64,000 nt of DNA from Vermamoeba vermiformis. Its lineage: Eukaryota. Below are positions 63,204 through 64,000 of this stretch, in pieces (position 1 is the stretch's first letter; each line of letters begins with the position of its first letter). The stretch is from positions 496,001-560,000 of the forward strand of contig JBEWZL010000152.1 in assembly GCA_045837725.1 (NCBI GenBank). The letters run 5' to 3'. Position numbers and translations under genes: made by a program. The notes beneath the pieces are model-generated. The model searched no databases. It saw nothing but the letters and a program-made list of their open reading frames with translations, and was not told where the DNA came from.

Positions 63204-64000
63204 TTACAACTTCGAAGCAGTACTAGGTGGGTCTAATTTAAATACATGACAGGCGGTCTTCCACAAGAACTTGTCTTTGGCATCCGACGAGAGGCCTAAA
63301 GTATCGACATTTTTCAATGTCTTCTCAAGATTCAATTGCGGAAAATTCGTGCCAAACATCACTAATATAACCTTATTAGCACTTGTATAATATTGTTTAT
63401 ATTAAAAGTCGTACCTTTGTCAGATCCATAAGTCTTCATATAATGAACTAATGCTGGCGGGAAGTATTTAGGATCATAAGCGGAAGTATCTATAATATTA
63501 TAAAGAAGCGTTAATAAATTATTGTAATTTCCATATAAGGATAAAATACGTACCAATATAAACGTTTTGATGCTTCCAACAAACTGCAATCATTTCTTCG
63601 GTCCAAGGATATCTAATAAACAATAATAAGACCCCATTTCATATATATATTATATATATGTTACTAACTTACCCAAGATGACCGCCAACAATTTTCAATT
63701 GAGGAAAAGTTAGCGCAACTTCGTCGATGTACGGGATCGGACGACCAGTCTCGGAAGGCATAAGCGGCCCTGTATGCCCCACTTGACAACAAAATGGTAT
63801 GTCTAATTCGATGCACTTGACATATAACGGATAATACAACTTGTCATTGGGAGGAAGTTTCCACATCCTGATCGCACGAGAGAAAACTCATTAATAAACA
63901 CGAAATCATCCATTAGGATATAATTATGAGAGTTCAATGCATAATATTTACCATGGAACAACTCGAAGAGCTTTAAAACCGTATTCTTTGACGCATTTTT
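63204..64000 (-). CDS. Amidohydrolase_2-family protein, 5'-truncated by the window edge, ending in PTS1 (-SKL)
   Basis: PPNDKLYYPLYVKCIELDIPFCCQVGHTGP, FPQLKIVGGHLG, IDTSAY, MFGTNFP, ...PPSTASKL*. Confidence 0.88.

Noticed and set aside
1-64000. Prokaryotic operon/defence island, rRNA or tRNA genes, giant-virus insertion
   Set aside because: Genes carry spliceosomal introns throughout, including inside the island; no structural-RNA or viral hallmark genes were recognised.

Overview
Gene-dense eukaryotic nuclear DNA with many short (mostly ~45-70 nt) GT-AG introns and intergenic gaps often under 300 bp. The gene set (dcd1-like Ntn hydrolase, ELMO protein, lipoyl-less PDHX, RapGAP, TOR) suggests a protist, probably an amoebozoan (inference). 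From 0.5 to 55.6 kb there are 23 host genes: SOUL, PDHX/E3BP-like, TCF25, PH-DH-PH-MORN GEF, Ig-domain membrane protein, YbaK, HOGA1-like, SARA-C/DUF3480, MIOX, Dabb, dcd1-like, F-box, a divergent TOR with two frameshifts, NmrA, ELMO, a CUE/coiled-coil/SKICH-like protein, GDPD, hemerythrin-like, a divergent PEPC, RapGAP, PAF-acetylhydrolase and two secreted proteins. From 55.6 to 63.1 kb is a mobile-element island: a truncated Ginger/gypsy-type integrase, then a hAT-like terminus with palindromic repeats showing CpG decay, then three intact spliced genes. These are a TET/JBP-type 2OG-Fe(II) dioxygenase, a basic low-complexity protein, and a Sola1/DUF7869-like DDD transposase fused to a USP-like cysteine peptidase. 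This candidate anti-silencing transposon module is the most notable item. The window ends in a partial peroxisomal (SKL) amidohydrolase. All exon structures and family calls were made by eye from motifs, with no database search.
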